From Acidobacteriota bacterium (GTDB taxonomy: Bacteria > Acidobacteriota > Terriglobia > JAJPHL01 > JAPKYU01): a stretch of DNA of 43,588 nucleotides. The notes under the pieces were generated by a model. The model worked only from the letters and a program-made list of their open reading frames with translations, was not told where the DNA came from and ran no database searches. How positions within the stretch are numbered: the stretch's first letter is position 1; each line of letters begins with the position of its first letter. A program made the translations under genes and the position numbers. The stretch spans positions 1 through 43,588 of the forward strand of contig JAPKYU010000480.1 of NCBI GenBank assembly GCA_026394175.1, given 5' to 3'. Shown here one piece after another: positions 27,388 to 37,422 of this stretch.

Positions 27388-27487
27388 AGTTCAAGACCTA
27401 CGGCTTCGAAGAGGAGTAGGACCAGCGCCGGAAAGAAACTGCCGCAATCGAGCAAGCGCTACGGAGAGGCGCGGCGGCGCGAGACCT

Positions 27488-27516
27488 TTGACAGCACCGG
27501 GGGGCTGTGTTACGGT
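27488..27516 (+). promoter_or_regulatory. sigma70-like promoter candidate for the gcv operon
   Basis: TTGACA (27488-27493), a 17-nt spacer, then TACGGT (27511-27516). ATG 27529 would leave only a ~6-nt leader. Confidence 0.35.
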
Positions 27517-27528
27517 TTTCAGGTTCCG

Positions 27529-28659
27529 ATGGCAGCCACAAATCCGCGGGAAACCACGCACCCGCCGCCGCGCCGCACCGCACTCAATTCCGTCCACAAG
27601 AGAATCGGCGGCCGCATGGTAGCGTTCGGCGGCTGGGAAATGCCGGTGGAATACAGCGGCATCGTCGCCGAGCACATGGCGGTGCGGACGCGCGCCGGCC
27701 TGTTCGACGTCAGCCACATGGGCGAAATCGAGGTGCGCGGGCCCGAGGCCCTGCGCCTGGTGCAGCACGTCACCTCGAACGACGCCGCGCGCCTCTCCAC
27801 GGGTCAGGCCCAATACAGCGGCCTGATGTACCCGCAGGGCACGCTGGTGGACGACCTGCTGGTCCACAAGATGGCCGACGGCCACTATCTGCTGGTGGTG
27901 AACGCTTCCAACCAGGACCGCGACTTCGCCTGGATGCGCGAACAGAACCGCTTCGACTGTGAGGTGCGCAACGCCGGCGACGCGTACACGCAACTGGCCG
28001 TCCAGGGGCCGCGGGCGCCCGCCATCCTTCAGAAGCTGACCGAAACGGACCTGGGGGCCATCCGCTACTACTGGTTCACGGGCGGGCGCGTGGACGGCGT
28101 CGAGTGCCTCATCGCCCGCACCGGCTACACCGGCGAGGACGGCTTCGAGATTTACTTCGCGCCCGGCGAATCGGAGCGCTTGTGGAACCGGCTGCTGGAA
28201 GCGGGCCGCGAGGACGGGCTGATCCCCTGCGGCCTGGGGGCGCGCAACACGCTGCGCCTGGAGGCGGCCATGGCGCTCTACGGCCACGAAATCGACGAGA
28301 CGCACACGCCGCTGGAGGCCAACCTGGGCTGGATCTGTAAACTGGAGAAAGGCGACTTCCTGGGCCGCGAGGCGCTGGCGCGGCAGAAGCAGGAGGGCGT
28401 GCGCCGCCGCCTGGCCGGTTTCGAGATGACCGGCCGCGGCATCGGCCGGGACGGCTATCCGGTCTACGTGAACGGCAACGAGGCCGGGTACGTGACCAGC
28501 GGTTCGCCCGCCCCCTTCCTCAAGAAAAACATCGGGCTCGCCTACCTGCCGGCGGAATTCTGCCAGGCGGGCCGGGAACTGGAGATCGGGATCCGCAGGC
28601 AGCGCGTGGCCGCGCGCCTTGTGGAAACACCTTTTTATAAGAGGCAGCACAAATCATGA
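27529..28659 (+). CDS. gcvT: glycine cleavage system aminomethyltransferase (T protein)
   Basis: [41 protein letters not shown]. The stop overlaps the gcvH start (ATGA). Confidence 0.95.
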   Translation: MAATNPRETTHPPPRRTALNSVHKRIGGRMVAFGGWEMPVEYSGIVAEHMAVRTRAGLFDVSHMGEIEVRGPEALRLVQHVTSNDAARLSTGQAQYSGLMYPQGTLVDDLLVHKMADGHYLLVVNASNQDRDFAWMREQNRFDCEVRNAGDAYTQLAVQGPRAPAILQKLTETDLGAIRYYWFTGGRVDGVECLIARTGYTGEDGFEIYFAPGESERLWNRLLEAGREDGLIPCGLGARNTLRLEAAMALYGHEIDETHTPLEANLGWICKLEKGDFLGREALARQKQEGVRRRLAGFEMTGRGIGRDGYPVYVNGNEAGYVTSGSPAPFLKKNIGLAYLPAEFCQAGRELEIGIRRQRVAARLVETPFYKRQHKS

Positions 28660-29057
28660 GCTATCCCCCCAATTACCGTTATACGCGGGAGCACGAGTGG
28701 ATTCGGCTCGAAAACGACACCGCCGCCGTCGGCATCACCGACCATGCCCAGGAGCAACTGGGCGACATCGTTTACCTGGAACTGCCGAAGGTCGGCGACC
28801 GCTTCAGCGCCACGCAGCCGCTGGGCACGGTGGAATCGGTGAAGGCCGTCTCCGATATCTACTCGCCGGTGACCTGCGAGGTCGTCGATGTCAACGCCGA
28901 GCTGGCCGCACACCCGGAGTTGCTGAACCAGGACCCGCACGGCGCCGCCTGGCTGGTGAAGGTACGCCTTGCCGACCGCGCCCAGCTCGATGGCCTGCTG
29001 TCGGCGGAGCAGTACGAAGCCTACATTGCCGAAGAGGCAGTGAAGAGTGACAAGTGA
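28656..29057 (+). CDS. gcvH: glycine cleavage system H protein
   Basis: YTREHEWIRL...LGTVESVKAVSDIYSP carries the lipoyl-lysine motif. The last codons (SDK-stop) lie in a repeat element. Confidence 0.95.
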   Translation: MSYPPNYRYTREHEWIRLENDTAAVGITDHAQEQLGDIVYLELPKVGDRFSATQPLGTVESVKAVSDIYSPVTCEVVDVNAELAAHPELLNQDPHGAAWLVKVRLADRAQLDGLLSAEQYEAYIAEEAVKSDK

Positions 29058-29124
29058 TAAGTGACGAGCCACCCGGTCCTCACTCGTCACTGGTCACTGG
29101 TCACTGGTCACTGGTCACTCGTCA
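29040..29124. repeat. periodic imperfect palindrome, GTGAYRA / TGGTCAC 7-mer family
   Basis: GTGAAGAGTGACAAGTGATAAGTGACGAG opposes CTCACTCGTCAC(TGGTCAC)x4TCGTCAT. It spans the gcvH stop to the gcvPA ATG. Confidence 0.85.
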
Positions 29125-30407
29125 TGCGCTATCTTCCGAAGTCCGATATTGAGCGGCGCCAGATGCTGGAGGCGCTGGGGTTGGGCGGCATGGAGGAGCT
29201 GTTCGCCCACATCCCCGCCGAGATCCGCCTTTCGCGCCCGCTGAATCTTCCCGACGGCGTTTCGGAGATGGAGGTGCTGCGGTATTTCCAGAAGCGGGCG
29301 GGCGAGAACGCGGCCGGCTACGTCTCGTTTTTGGGCGCCGGTGTCTACCACCACTTCCGGCCCGTGGTCATCGACTCGCTGATCTCGCGCGGCGAGTTCT
29401 ATACCGCCTACACGCCCTACCAGGCGGAGATCGCCCAGGGCACGCTGCAGTCCATCTTCGAATTCCAGACCATGATCTGCCAGCTCACCGGCATGGAAGT
29501 GGCCAACGCTTCCATGTACGACGGCTCGACGGCGCTGCCCGAGGCGGTGCTGATGGCGGCGCGAATCACGGGACGGCGCAAGGTGGCCGTGGCCCGCTCC
29601 GTGCACCCGGAGTACCGGCAGGTGCTCGACACCTACACGCGCTTTCAGGGCATCCAGGTGCGGGAACTGGAGTATGACCGGGAGGCGGGCACGCTGGCGC
29701 CGTTTACCATCGACGATGGCGTGGCCGCCATCGTCCTGCAATCGCCCAATTTCTTCGGGATCGTCGAGGACCTCGAGCGGGCGGCGGAAATGGCCCACGC
29801 CGCCGGCGCGCTGTTGATCGTGGTCATCACCGAGCCGGTGTCGCTGGGGCTGCTCAAGCCGCCGGCCTCGGCCGATATCGTGGCCATGGAAACGCAGGCT
29901 TTGGGCATGGCGCCCAGTTACGGCGGGCCCTACGCCGGGGTGATCGCCACGCGCGAGAAATACGTGCGCAGCATGCCCGGGCGCCTGGTGGGGCAGACCA
30001 CCGACGCGCAGGGCCGGCGCGGCTTTTGCCTGACGCTGGCCACCCGCGAGCAGCACATCCGCCGCGAAAAAGCCACCTCCAACATCTGCACCAACCAGGC
30101 GCTGTGCGCGCTGATGGCCGCCATCTTCATGACCGTGTACGGCAAGGAGGGCCTGCGCGAGCTGGCCCGGCAGAACCTGGCCAAGGCCCATTACGCCGCG
30201 TCGCGGTTGAAGCTGAAGTTCTCCGGGCCGTTTTTCAACGAGTTCGTGGTGGCGGGCGGAAAGACCAGGGCGCTGTTGGACAAGAAGATTCTCGGGGGGC
30301 TGGATTTGCGCAAGTTTTATCCGGAGCTCGGCGAGGCGCTGCTGGTCTCGGTCACCGAGGTGCATACGCGCCAGCAGATTGATGAGCTGGTCGGGGGACT
30401 GGCATGA
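29124..30407 (+). CDS. gcvPA: glycine dehydrogenase (decarboxylating) subunit 1
   Basis: [20 protein letters not shown]...[23 protein letters not shown]. The 21-aa extension to 29061 is repeat-encoded and was rejected. Confidence 0.95.
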   Translation: MRYLPKSDIERRQMLEALGLGGMEELFAHIPAEIRLSRPLNLPDGVSEMEVLRYFQKRAGENAAGYVSFLGAGVYHHFRPVVIDSLISRGEFYTAYTPYQAEIAQGTLQSIFEFQTMICQLTGMEVANASMYDGSTALPEAVLMAARITGRRKVAVARSVHPEYRQVLDTYTRFQGIQVRELEYDREAGTLAPFTIDDGVAAIVLQSPNFFGIVEDLERAAEMAHAAGALLIVVITEPVSLGLLKPPASADIVAMETQALGMAPSYGGPYAGVIATREKYVRSMPGRLVGQTTDAQGRRGFCLTLATREQHIRREKATSNICTNQALCALMAAIFMTVYGKEGLRELARQNLAKAHYAASRLKLKFSGPFFNEFVVAGGKTRALLDKKILGGLDLRKFYPELGEALLVSVTEVHTRQQIDELVGGLA

Positions 30408-31891
30408 AGAAAGCAAGGCCACACGTCAACCAGAACGAAGGGCTGATCTTCGAGCACTCCTCGCCGGGCAAGCGGGCCTGGCAGTTGCCGCCGCTCGACG
30501 TGCCGGAGGTGGACCCGGCCGCGGCGCTGGGCGGCGACCACATACGCGAGAGCATCGGCGGCTTCCCCGAGGTGAGCGAGGTGGAGGTGGTCCGCCACTT
30601 CACCCGCCTCTCCACCTGGAACTACGGTGTGGACACCGGCCTGTACCCGCTCGGCTCCTGCACCATGAAATACAACCCCAAGGTGAACGAGGTGGTGGCG
30701 CGGCTGGAGGGCATCGCCGGCGTGCATCCCTACCAGCCGGACGCCCTGGCCCAGGGCTGCTTGAAGATCCTGCGGCTGCTTTCCGGCTGTCTGCTGGAGA
30801 TCACCGGGATGGAGGCCATCACGCTGCAGCCGGCCGCCGGCGCCCACGGGGAGTTGACGGGCATCCTGCTGGTCCGCGCCTATCTGGAATCGCGGGGCAA
30901 CCCGCGCCGGAAGATCCTGATCCCGGACTCCGCGCACGGCACCAATCCGGCCACCGCGGCGATTGCCGGCTACCAGGTGGAAAACATCCGCTCCAACGCC
31001 CTGGGGACCGTGGACCTGGATGTTCTTCGCCGCGCCGTCACCGAAGAGGTGGCGGCGCTGATGATCACCAACCCGAACACCCTCGGCATTTTCGAGGAGA
31101 ACATCGGCGCCATCGCCGAAATCCTGCATGCCCGCGGCGCGCAGCTTTACATGGACGGCGCCAACATGAACGCGCTGGTGGGCATGGTGCGGCCCGGCGA
31201 CGCCGGCGTGGACGTGATGCACCTGAACCTGCACAAGACCTTCTCCACGCCCCACGGCGGCGGAGGGCCGGGCGCCGGGCCGGTGGGTGTCAAGAAGCAC
31301 CTGGAGCCGTTCCTGCCCGTTCCCGTGCTGGAGAAGGGCGCCGGCGGCCGCCTGCGCCTGATCCACCACCGGCCGCAGGCCATCGGCCGGGTGCGCGCCT
31401 TCACCGGCAACTTCGGCGTGCTGGTCCGCGCCCTGGCCTACATCCTGGCCTGCGGCGGCAACGGGCTGAAGGCCGCCACCCAGGACGCTGTGCTGAACGC
31501 GAATTACATCCGCAAGGGTCTTGAGGATGTCTACGACCTGCCCTACAAGCAGCCCAGCCTGCACGAATGCGTGTTCAGCGACCGCCTGCAGGCCGGCCAC
31601 GGCGTGCGCACCGGCGATATCGCCAAGCGCCTGATCGATTACGGCTTCCACCCTTACACCGTCAGCTTCCCGCTGATCGTGCACGGCGCGCTGATGATCG
31701 AGCCGACCGAGAGCGAGAGCAAGGAAGAGCTGGACCTGTTCATCGAGGCCATGCGGGAGATCGCGCGGGAGGCCGAGCAGGAGCCCCAGACGGTGCTCGC
31801 CGCGCCGCATACCACGCGGGTCGGCCGGCTGGATGAAGTTACGGCCGCCCGCCGCCCCATCCTCCGCTGGCAGGAACCGATTGCGGAGTGA
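30404..31891 (+). CDS. gcvPB: glycine dehydrogenase (decarboxylating) subunit 2
   Basis: [11 protein letters not shown]...[19 protein letters not shown] carries the PLP-lysine motif. ATGA overlaps the gcvPA stop. Confidence 0.95.
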   Translation: MKKARPHVNQNEGLIFEHSSPGKRAWQLPPLDVPEVDPAAALGGDHIRESIGGFPEVSEVEVVRHFTRLSTWNYGVDTGLYPLGSCTMKYNPKVNEVVARLEGIAGVHPYQPDALAQGCLKILRLLSGCLLEITGMEAITLQPAAGAHGELTGILLVRAYLESRGNPRRKILIPDSAHGTNPATAAIAGYQVENIRSNALGTVDLDVLRRAVTEEVAALMITNPNTLGIFEENIGAIAEILHARGAQLYMDGANMNALVGMVRPGDAGVDVMHLNLHKTFSTPHGGGGPGAGPVGVKKHLEPFLPVPVLEKGAGGRLRLIHHRPQAIGRVRAFTGNFGVLVRALAYILACGGNGLKAATQDAVLNANYIRKGLEDVYDLPYKQPSLHECVFSDRLQAGHGVRTGDIAKRLIDYGFHPYTVSFPLIVHGALMIEPTESESKEELDLFIEAMREIAREAEQEPQTVLAAPHTTRVGRLDEVTAARRPILRWQEPIAE

Positions 31892-31929
31892 GTAGACTCC
31901 GCACTCCGAATTCCGCACTCCGCACTCGG
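31882..31929. repeat. tandem TCCGCAY heptamer array with one opposing unit
   Basis: TGCGGAGTG (in the last gcvPB codons) is followed by TCCGCAC TCCGAAT TCCGCAC TCCGCAC TCGG. Confidence 0.6.
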
Positions 31930-31998
31930 CTCAGGCGATTTTGCGCAGCTTGACTATTTAGACGATGGCGGACGTCCAAGAGGTGTCAAAAGCTGCAA

Positions 31999-32090
31999 CA
32001 GAGCCGCGAGCGTAAGCGAACGGGTGCCCGCGCAGCGCATGGGCTCGGTTGTCCTGCGGGAGCACCCGCTCGCTTACGCTCGCGGCTCTG
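31999..32090. repeat. REP-like long hairpin (29-nt arms, 1 mismatch)
   Basis: CAGAGCCGCGAGCGTAAGCGAACGGGTGC (31999-32027) opposes GCACCCGCTCGCTTACGCTCGCGGCTCTG (32062-32090). The right arm contains the cmk stop codon. A solo half-copy GAGCCGCGAGCGTCAGAGG lies at 20630-20648. Confidence 0.8.
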
Positions 32091-32757
32091 CTGCGGATCG
32101 CTGCCGGACGTGCTGCAGGATGGCATCGACTACCTGGTCGATGGTGAGGGAAGAGGAATCAAGGTAAATGGCGTCGGGGGCCTGGAGCAGGGGCGAGTCG
32201 GCGCGCTGGCTGTCGCGCCGGTCGCGCTCCTTGATTTCCGCCATGAGCTGCTTCAGGCGGGCGGGATCGCCGGGCGTCCCGGCATCCGACTGGGCCAGCC
32301 GGCGGCGGCCGCGCACCTCGGCGCTGGCGTCCAGGTAGACCTTCACTTCCGCGTCCGGGAAGACCTTGGTGCCGATATCGCGGCCTTCCATCACCACGTT
32401 GCCGGAGCGCCCCAGCTCACGCTGCCGCCGGACCAGCGCCCGGCGAACACCGGGCAGCGCGGAAACGATGGAGGCCGCCTGGCTGACCTCCTCGCCGCGA
32501 ATGACGTCGGTAATGTCTTCGCCGTCGGCCAACAGCCGGTTGCCCTGCGCGGTGGACAGGAAACGGTAGTGGATGTCCCCGGCCAGTTCCTCGAGCGCCG
32601 GCGCGTCCGACAGCGGAACGCCGCGGCGCAGCGCGAACAGCCCCACCGCCCGGTACATGGCCCCCGTTTCGATGTAGGGGCAGCCGAGGCGCTGTGCCAG
32701 CAGCCGCGCCACCGTGCTCTTGCCCGCCCCGGCGGGCCCGTCAATAGCTATAACCAT
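32074..32757 (-). CDS. cmk: cytidylate kinase
   Basis: MVIAIDGPAGAGKSTVARLLAQRLGCPYIETGAMYRAV. Confidence 0.93.
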   Translation of the reverse strand: MVIAIDGPAGAGKSTVARLLAQRLGCPYIETGAMYRAVGLFALRRGVPLSDAPALEELAGDIHYRFLSTAQGNRLLADGEDITDVIRGEEVSQAASIVSALPGVRRALVRRQRELGRSGNVVMEGRDIGTKVFPDAEVKVYLDASAEVRGRRRLAQSDAGTPGDPARLKQLMAEIKERDRRDSQRADSPLLQAPDAIYLDSSSLTIDQVVDAILQHVRQRSAAEPRA

Positions 32758-32830
32758 CAGGCTACAGGCTACAGGCTACAGGCTGCAGGCCGCAAGGCGG
32801 TTCCTTCCTGCAGCCTGCAGCCTGCGGCCT
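32758..32830. repeat. periodic palindrome, AGGCTRC / GCAGCCT 7-mer family
   Basis: C(AGGCTAC)x3 AGGCTGC AGGCCGC AAGG / cggtt / CCTT CCTGCAG CCTGCAG CCTGCGG CCT. It fills the entire spacer between the mutL stop and the cmk start. Confidence 0.85.
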
Positions 32831-34751
32831 AAATGCGGTGGAACGCCTTGAGAATCTCGCGCAACTCATACTTCAGCACCACGGGGCGTCCGTGCGGGCA
32901 GCTCATGGGCGCTTCGGTGCGGGCCAGCTCATCCAGCAGCCACTGCATTTTCGCGGTGTCCAGCGGCATGTTCACCTTGATCGCGGCGTGGCAGGCAATG
33001 GAGGCGGCCACGCGGCTGCGGGCGTCGGCCAGCGGGCGGACGTGCGTGGCGTCGATTCCATCCAGCAGCTCGTGCAGCATCTTCTCGATCTCCGCGGCGG
33101 CGATGCCGGCGGGCGCGGATTTGACGGCGATGGTGCGGCGCCCGAAGGGCTCGATCTCGAAGCCGTTGGCCTCCAGCTCCCCGCGGATGTCGTCCAGGGC
33201 GGCCTGCTGGGCGGGTGTAAGCTGGATGACCAGCGGCATCAGCAGGTGCTGGCCCTCGGCGCGGCCGGCGGAGCGCTGGCGCAAGGTCTTCTCGAACAGG
33301 ATGCGCTCGTGGGCCACGTGCTGATCGATGATCCACAGGGCGTCGTCGCCGGCCGCGACGATGAAGCTTTCGCGAAGCTGCCCCAGCGGCCGCAACCCGG
33401 CCAAGTCGGGGCCGCCCGCCGGACCTTCGACTTCGGACCCGCCGCGGCGGGGACCTTGGACTTCCATGTCGATGGGCGTGGCCGCGCTGAACTCGAAGCG
33501 GCGGCTCTCCGGCTCGACGCGCGGCGGCCGCAAGACCAGCGGCGGGGCGCCCTCGGCGCCGGGCGCGGGCTCCGCCGCCGCCCCCGGCTTCCCGACTCCC
33601 TCGGGAAACACCGGCTGCGGCGCCAGCACCGGCGGCGCGCTTACCGGGAAGGTGGAAACCGGGCGCGATTCGGTCAGGCGACGCCGCAGCGCGTCGCGGA
33701 TGAAATCATGCACGAAGGCCTGGTGACGGAAACGCACCTCGATTTTGGACGGATGCACGTTCACGTCCACCTCGTCGAAGGGGATCTCCAGGAACAGCAG
33801 CGCCAGCGGGAAGGTGGACGACGGAATCAGGTTGCGGTAGGCCTCGCTGATGGCGTGCAGCGCCAGGCGGTCGCGGATCAGCCGCCGGTTCACGAAGATG
33901 AAAATGGAATTGCGATTCGGCTTCTGGAATTGCGGCCGGGAGATGAAGCCGGAGAGGCGAAGCGTCTTGGCCGCCGGCCGGCGCTCGGCGTCGGAATCGG
34001 CGCCCGGGTGCTCGGGGGTGAACCCGGGGGGCGCGCCGCTGGTGGCCGACGGGATCAGCAGCTCGGTCTCGATCTGGCCCAGCTCCACGAGCTGTTCCAG
34101 CGTCTCGGGGCCGAAAATCTGGAACAGGCGCTCGCGGTGCGAGGCCACCGGCGTCACGCTGAGCAGATCGCCGGTGGCGGCGGTCAGCCGGACCTGCCGC
34201 TCGGGATGCGCCAGGGCGTAATGCGTGGCCAGCGAAGCGATGTGCGCCAGTTCGGTAGGCTCCGACCTCAGGAACTTGCGGCGCGCCGGAATGTTGTAGA
34301 ACAGGTCGCGCACGCTGATGGCGGTGCCGGGCGGGAGGCCGGCCTCGCGCACCTCGGCCAGGCGGCCGCCATTGATCTCCAGGCGCGTGCCCGCGCCTTC
34401 CTCGGCCGCGCGGGTCTCCAGCGTGAGCCGCGAGACGGCGGCGATGGAAGGCAGGGCTTCGCCGCGGAAGCCCAGGGTGGAAACCGAGAGCAGGTCGTCG
34501 GCCGTACGCAGCTTGCTGGTGGCGTGGCGCTCGAAGGCCAGCAGGGCGTCGTCGCGTCCCATGCCGCAGCCGTCGTCGGTGACCCGGACCAGCTTCTTGC
34601 CGCCCGCTTCCACGTCGATGCGGATGGCCGAGGCGCCCGCGTCCAGCGCGTTCTCGACCAGTTCCTTGACCACCGACGCCGGGCGCTCCACGACCTCGCC
34701 CGCCGCGATCTTGTTGGCCACGTTGTCGGGGAGAATGCGGATCTTGCCCAT
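32829..34751 (-). CDS. mutL: DNA mismatch repair protein MutL
   Basis: IRILPDNVANKIAAGEVVERPASVVKELVENALDAGA, with a GHKL ATPase N-domain and a MutL C-terminal dimerisation domain. Confidence 0.95.
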   Translation of the reverse strand: MGKIRILPDNVANKIAAGEVVERPASVVKELVENALDAGASAIRIDVEAGGKKLVRVTDDGCGMGRDDALLAFERHATSKLRTADDLLSVSTLGFRGEALPSIAAVSRLTLETRAAEEGAGTRLEINGGRLAEVREAGLPPGTAISVRDLFYNIPARRKFLRSEPTELAHIASLATHYALAHPERQVRLTAATGDLLSVTPVASHRERLFQIFGPETLEQLVELGQIETELLIPSATSGAPPGFTPEHPGADSDAERRPAAKTLRLSGFISRPQFQKPNRNSIFIFVNRRLIRDRLALHAISEAYRNLIPSSTFPLALLFLEIPFDEVDVNVHPSKIEVRFRHQAFVHDFIRDALRRRLTESRPVSTFPVSAPPVLAPQPVFPEGVGKPGAAAEPAPGAEGAPPLVLRPPRVEPESRRFEFSAATPIDMEVQGPRRGGSEVEGPAGGPDLAGLRPLGQLRESFIVAAGDDALWIIDQHVAHERILFEKTLRQRSAGRAEGQHLLMPLVIQLTPAQQAALDDIRGELEANGFEIEPFGRRTIAVKSAPAGIAAAEIEKMLHELLDGIDATHVRPLADARSRVAASIACHAAIKVNMPLDTAKMQWLLDELARTEAPMSCPHGRPVVLKYELREILKAFHRI

Positions 34752-34812
34752 CGCCGTGGGCGATTATTTCATACCGGCGCGGGAACCGCCAAGGAACAAA
34801 GACCGACGGGCC

Positions 34813-34861
34813 CCTTGTGCCGCCGGCCTCCCGCCGGCGGTGCGGTCCTGGCCGCACAAGG
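34813..34861. repeat. nested inverted repeat in the divergent mutL / FecR-like intergenic region
   Basis: CCTTGTGC (34813-34820) pairs with GCACAAGG (34854-34861). Inside it, CGCCGGC / ctcc / GCCGGCG also pair. Confidence 0.4.
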
Positions 34862-34928
34862 CTATTGCCCCGCCCGGCCGCCCATGGTAGATTCTTGAGA
34901 CCTTCATCCCGTGCGGTAGTGTGACATC

Positions 34929-36203
34929 ATGCCTGAGCTCCCGGAGTCTTTAGCACCGAAAAGCGCCAGAGCGGAACGGGACGAAACGGAGTACCGGACG
35001 ATCTCCTACCGCTCGGTGGTGATCCTGGTCGTTCTGGTGGTGGCCGGCGTTGGCGTGGGCATCTCCGTGTTCCTCTACCCCGAGCAGATCAAGCGCGCCA
35101 TCGCCAAGTTGCTGGAAAGCACCGGCGGCACCGCCGTCGCCCCGGCCCTCGAACAACGGCAGGCGCGCTTCGTCAATATCGACGGCACGGTCCGGGTGAA
35201 GAAGGCCAACGGCGTGCACTGGGTGGCCGCCTCCCCCAACCTGGCCCTGGAAAAGGGGGACGTGGTTCAAACCTCTTCCGACGGGCAGGCGCGCATCGCT
35301 TTCGCCGACGGCACCATCTATATGGTGCGGGCCGACACGCTGCTGGTGGTGGAGGAGAACTCCGGAGTGCCCAACTCCAAGGTCACCAATGTGTCGGTAC
35401 AGGTGACGACGGGCGAAGTCGATCTCTCGACCACCAAGTTTGAGGGCGAGTCCAAGGTGGTGTTCGCCAATGCCGTGGCCCGCATCGCCCAGGACACCCG
35501 GGCCAGCGTCAGGAACGATCCCAAGAGCCAGACCAGCCAGTTCACCATGACCCAGGGCCATGCCGAGGTGCTGCGCGGCAGCGAGAAAGTCGAGCTCGGC
35601 TCCTACGAACAGGTGTCGTTCCAAGCAGATTCGAGCGCCATGGAGCGGCGGCGCGTCGTGGGGCCGCCGATGTTGCTGACGCCGGTCAACCAGGCGCCGG
35701 TGATCGCCGCGGAAACCGGCAGGACCGAGGTTACCTTCGTTTGGAGCCCGGTTCCCACGGCCAAGAACTACCGCCTGCGCCTTTCCACCTCGCCCATTTT
35801 CTCCACGCTGGTGTACGACAAAAAAGTGCCCTCGAGCACCGCAAAAGTCCCGGCCTTGACGGAGGGCGTCTATTACTGGGCGGTATCGTCGATCGGCGAA
35901 AACGGCAAAGAGAGCCAGACCAGCGACGCCAGCAAGTTCAGCCTCCTCCGGCAGAAGGACGAGATTCTGCTGGAGGTGCAGAACGTGATTCAGCACGGCA
36001 AAACGATCGAGATCGTGGGGCGGACCGAACCCGGCGCCCGCATCATGGTGAATGATCAGCCGGTGTTTGCGGTTCAGCCCGACGGGAGCTTCAAGCACTT
36101 CACCCCGCCGTTCACCACCAACGGCGCCAACATCATCACCGTGACGGCGCAGAACGCGAAAGGGCAGATCGCCACGCGCCGCAAAACGGTGTACATTCAA
36201 TAG
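34929..36203 (+). CDS. FecR-domain membrane-anchored protein with C-terminal Ig/FN3-like repeats
   Basis: One TM segment (VVILVVLVVAGVGVGISVFL). The FecR-like pattern is GTVRVKKANGVHWVAASPNLALEKGDVVQTSSDGQARIAFADGT. Confidence 0.65.
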   Translation: MPELPESLAPKSARAERDETEYRTISYRSVVILVVLVVAGVGVGISVFLYPEQIKRAIAKLLESTGGTAVAPALEQRQARFVNIDGTVRVKKANGVHWVAASPNLALEKGDVVQTSSDGQARIAFADGTIYMVRADTLLVVEENSGVPNSKVTNVSVQVTTGEVDLSTTKFEGESKVVFANAVARIAQDTRASVRNDPKSQTSQFTMTQGHAEVLRGSEKVELGSYEQVSFQADSSAMERRRVVGPPMLLTPVNQAPVIAAETGRTEVTFVWSPVPTAKNYRLRLSTSPIFSTLVYDKKVPSSTAKVPALTEGVYYWAVSSIGENGKESQTSDASKFSLLRQKDEILLEVQNVIQHGKTIEIVGRTEPGARIMVNDQPVFAVQPDGSFKHFTPPFTTNGANIITVTAQNAKGQIATRRKTVYIQ

Positions 36204-36312
36204 TACGGGCTTGGCAGGGGCGGCGCCCCGGCGGCCAGGGGCAGGGGCCGCGGGCCGCCCGCGGGATGGGTATGGGATGGCCGCCGCGACAGGATAGGGA
36301 GTAATTCGCGCG

Positions 36313-37338
36313 ATGAACCTGCGTTCGCTATTCAGTCTGTTTTCATCGGACCTGGCCATTGACCTGGGCACAGCCAACACCCTGATCTATGCCAAGGGCA
36401 AGGGCATCGTGGTCAACGAGCCCTCCATTGTCGCCATCAACAAGAACACCGGGGAGGTGGAAGCGGTGGGCAAGGAGGCCAAGGAGATGCTGGGCCGCAC
36501 CCCGGGCAACATCGTGGCCATCCGGCCGCTGAAGGATGGAGTCATCGCCGACTTCAAAGTCACCGAGAAGATGCTGAATTACTTCATCCGGAAGGCGCAC
36601 AACCGCAAGATGCTGGTGCATCCGCGGATCGTGATAGGGGTGCCCAGCGAGATCACCCAGGTGGAGAAGCGCGCGGTGACGGAGTCGGCCTACCAGGCCA
36701 AGGCCTGCGAGGTGCACCTGGTGGAGCAGGCCTTGGTGGCGGCCATCGGGGCGGGCATGCCCATTACCGAGCCCTGCGGCAACATGATCGTGGACATCGG
36801 CGGGGGCACCACCGACATCGCCGTGATTTCCCTGTCCGGCATCGTCTACAGCCGCTCGGTGCGTGTGGCCGGCAACGAGATGGACGAGGCCATCATGCAC
36901 TACCTGAAACGCAAATATAACCTGCTGATCGGCGAGCGCACCGCCGAGCAGATCAAGATCGAAGTCGGCTCCGCCTACCCGCTGGAGAAGCCGCTGACCA
37001 TGGAGATCAAGGGCCGCAACCTGATCGAGGGCGTGCCCAAGACCCTGACCATCGACGACAGCGAGATTCGCGAGGCGCTGTCGGAGTGCGTCTCCACCAT
37101 CATGAACGCCATCCGGGTGGCGCTGGAGCGCACCCCGCCCGAGCTGTCGGCCGATATCAGCGACCGCGGCATCGTGCTGACCGGCGGCGGCGCCCTGCTG
37201 AAGAACCTGGACAAGCGCATCCGCGAGGAGACCGGCCTGCCGGTCTCGATCGCCGACGATCCGCTGGCCTCCGTGGTCCTGGGCACCGGCAAAATGCTGA
37301 GCGATTTCAAACTGCTGCGCAAGATCTCGATCGAGTAG
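36313..37338 (+). CDS. mreB: rod shape-determining protein MreB
   Basis: [29 protein letters not shown]... is an actin-like ATPase. Confidence 0.96.
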   Translation: MNLRSLFSLFSSDLAIDLGTANTLIYAKGKGIVVNEPSIVAINKNTGEVEAVGKEAKEMLGRTPGNIVAIRPLKDGVIADFKVTEKMLNYFIRKAHNRKMLVHPRIVIGVPSEITQVEKRAVTESAYQAKACEVHLVEQALVAAIGAGMPITEPCGNMIVDIGGGTTDIAVISLSGIVYSRSVRVAGNEMDEAIMHYLKRKYNLLIGERTAEQIKIEVGSAYPLEKPLTMEIKGRNLIEGVPKTLTIDDSEIREALSECVSTIMNAIRVALERTPPELSADISDRGIVLTGGGALLKNLDKRIREETGLPVSIADDPLASVVLGTGKMLSDFKLLRKISIE

Positions 37339-37341
37339 AAG

Positions 37342-37419
37342 ACAGGCTACAGGTTGCAGGCTGCAGGCCACAGGAAGTGCGACTGGAACCTGCAGCCTGT
37401 AGCCTGTGGCCTGTAGCCT
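37342..37419. repeat. periodic palindrome, AGGCTRC / CTGTAGC 7-mer family
   Basis: ACAGGCTACAGGTTGCAGGCTGCAGGCCACAGG opposes CCTGCAGCCTGTAGCCTGTGGCCTGTAGCCT. All arm differences are transitions. It spans from the mreB stop to 3 nt before the mreC ATG. Confidence 0.85.
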
Positions 37420-37422
37420 CTC

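Noticed and set aside
27440-27528. Glycine riboswitch upstream of gcvT.
   Set aside because: Only scattered core-like fragments are present (GGAGAG, CACCGGGGGGC, UCAGG). I could not fold P1/P3, and there is no space for an expression platform before the ATG. I keep it only as a check for cmsearch.
36204-36312. G-rich CAGGGGC-like repeats and a small CCGCGGG/CCCGCGG hairpin upstream of mreB as another periodic element.
   Set aside because: It has only 2-3 irregular copies and no complementary array, so it does not fit the architecture of the other elements.
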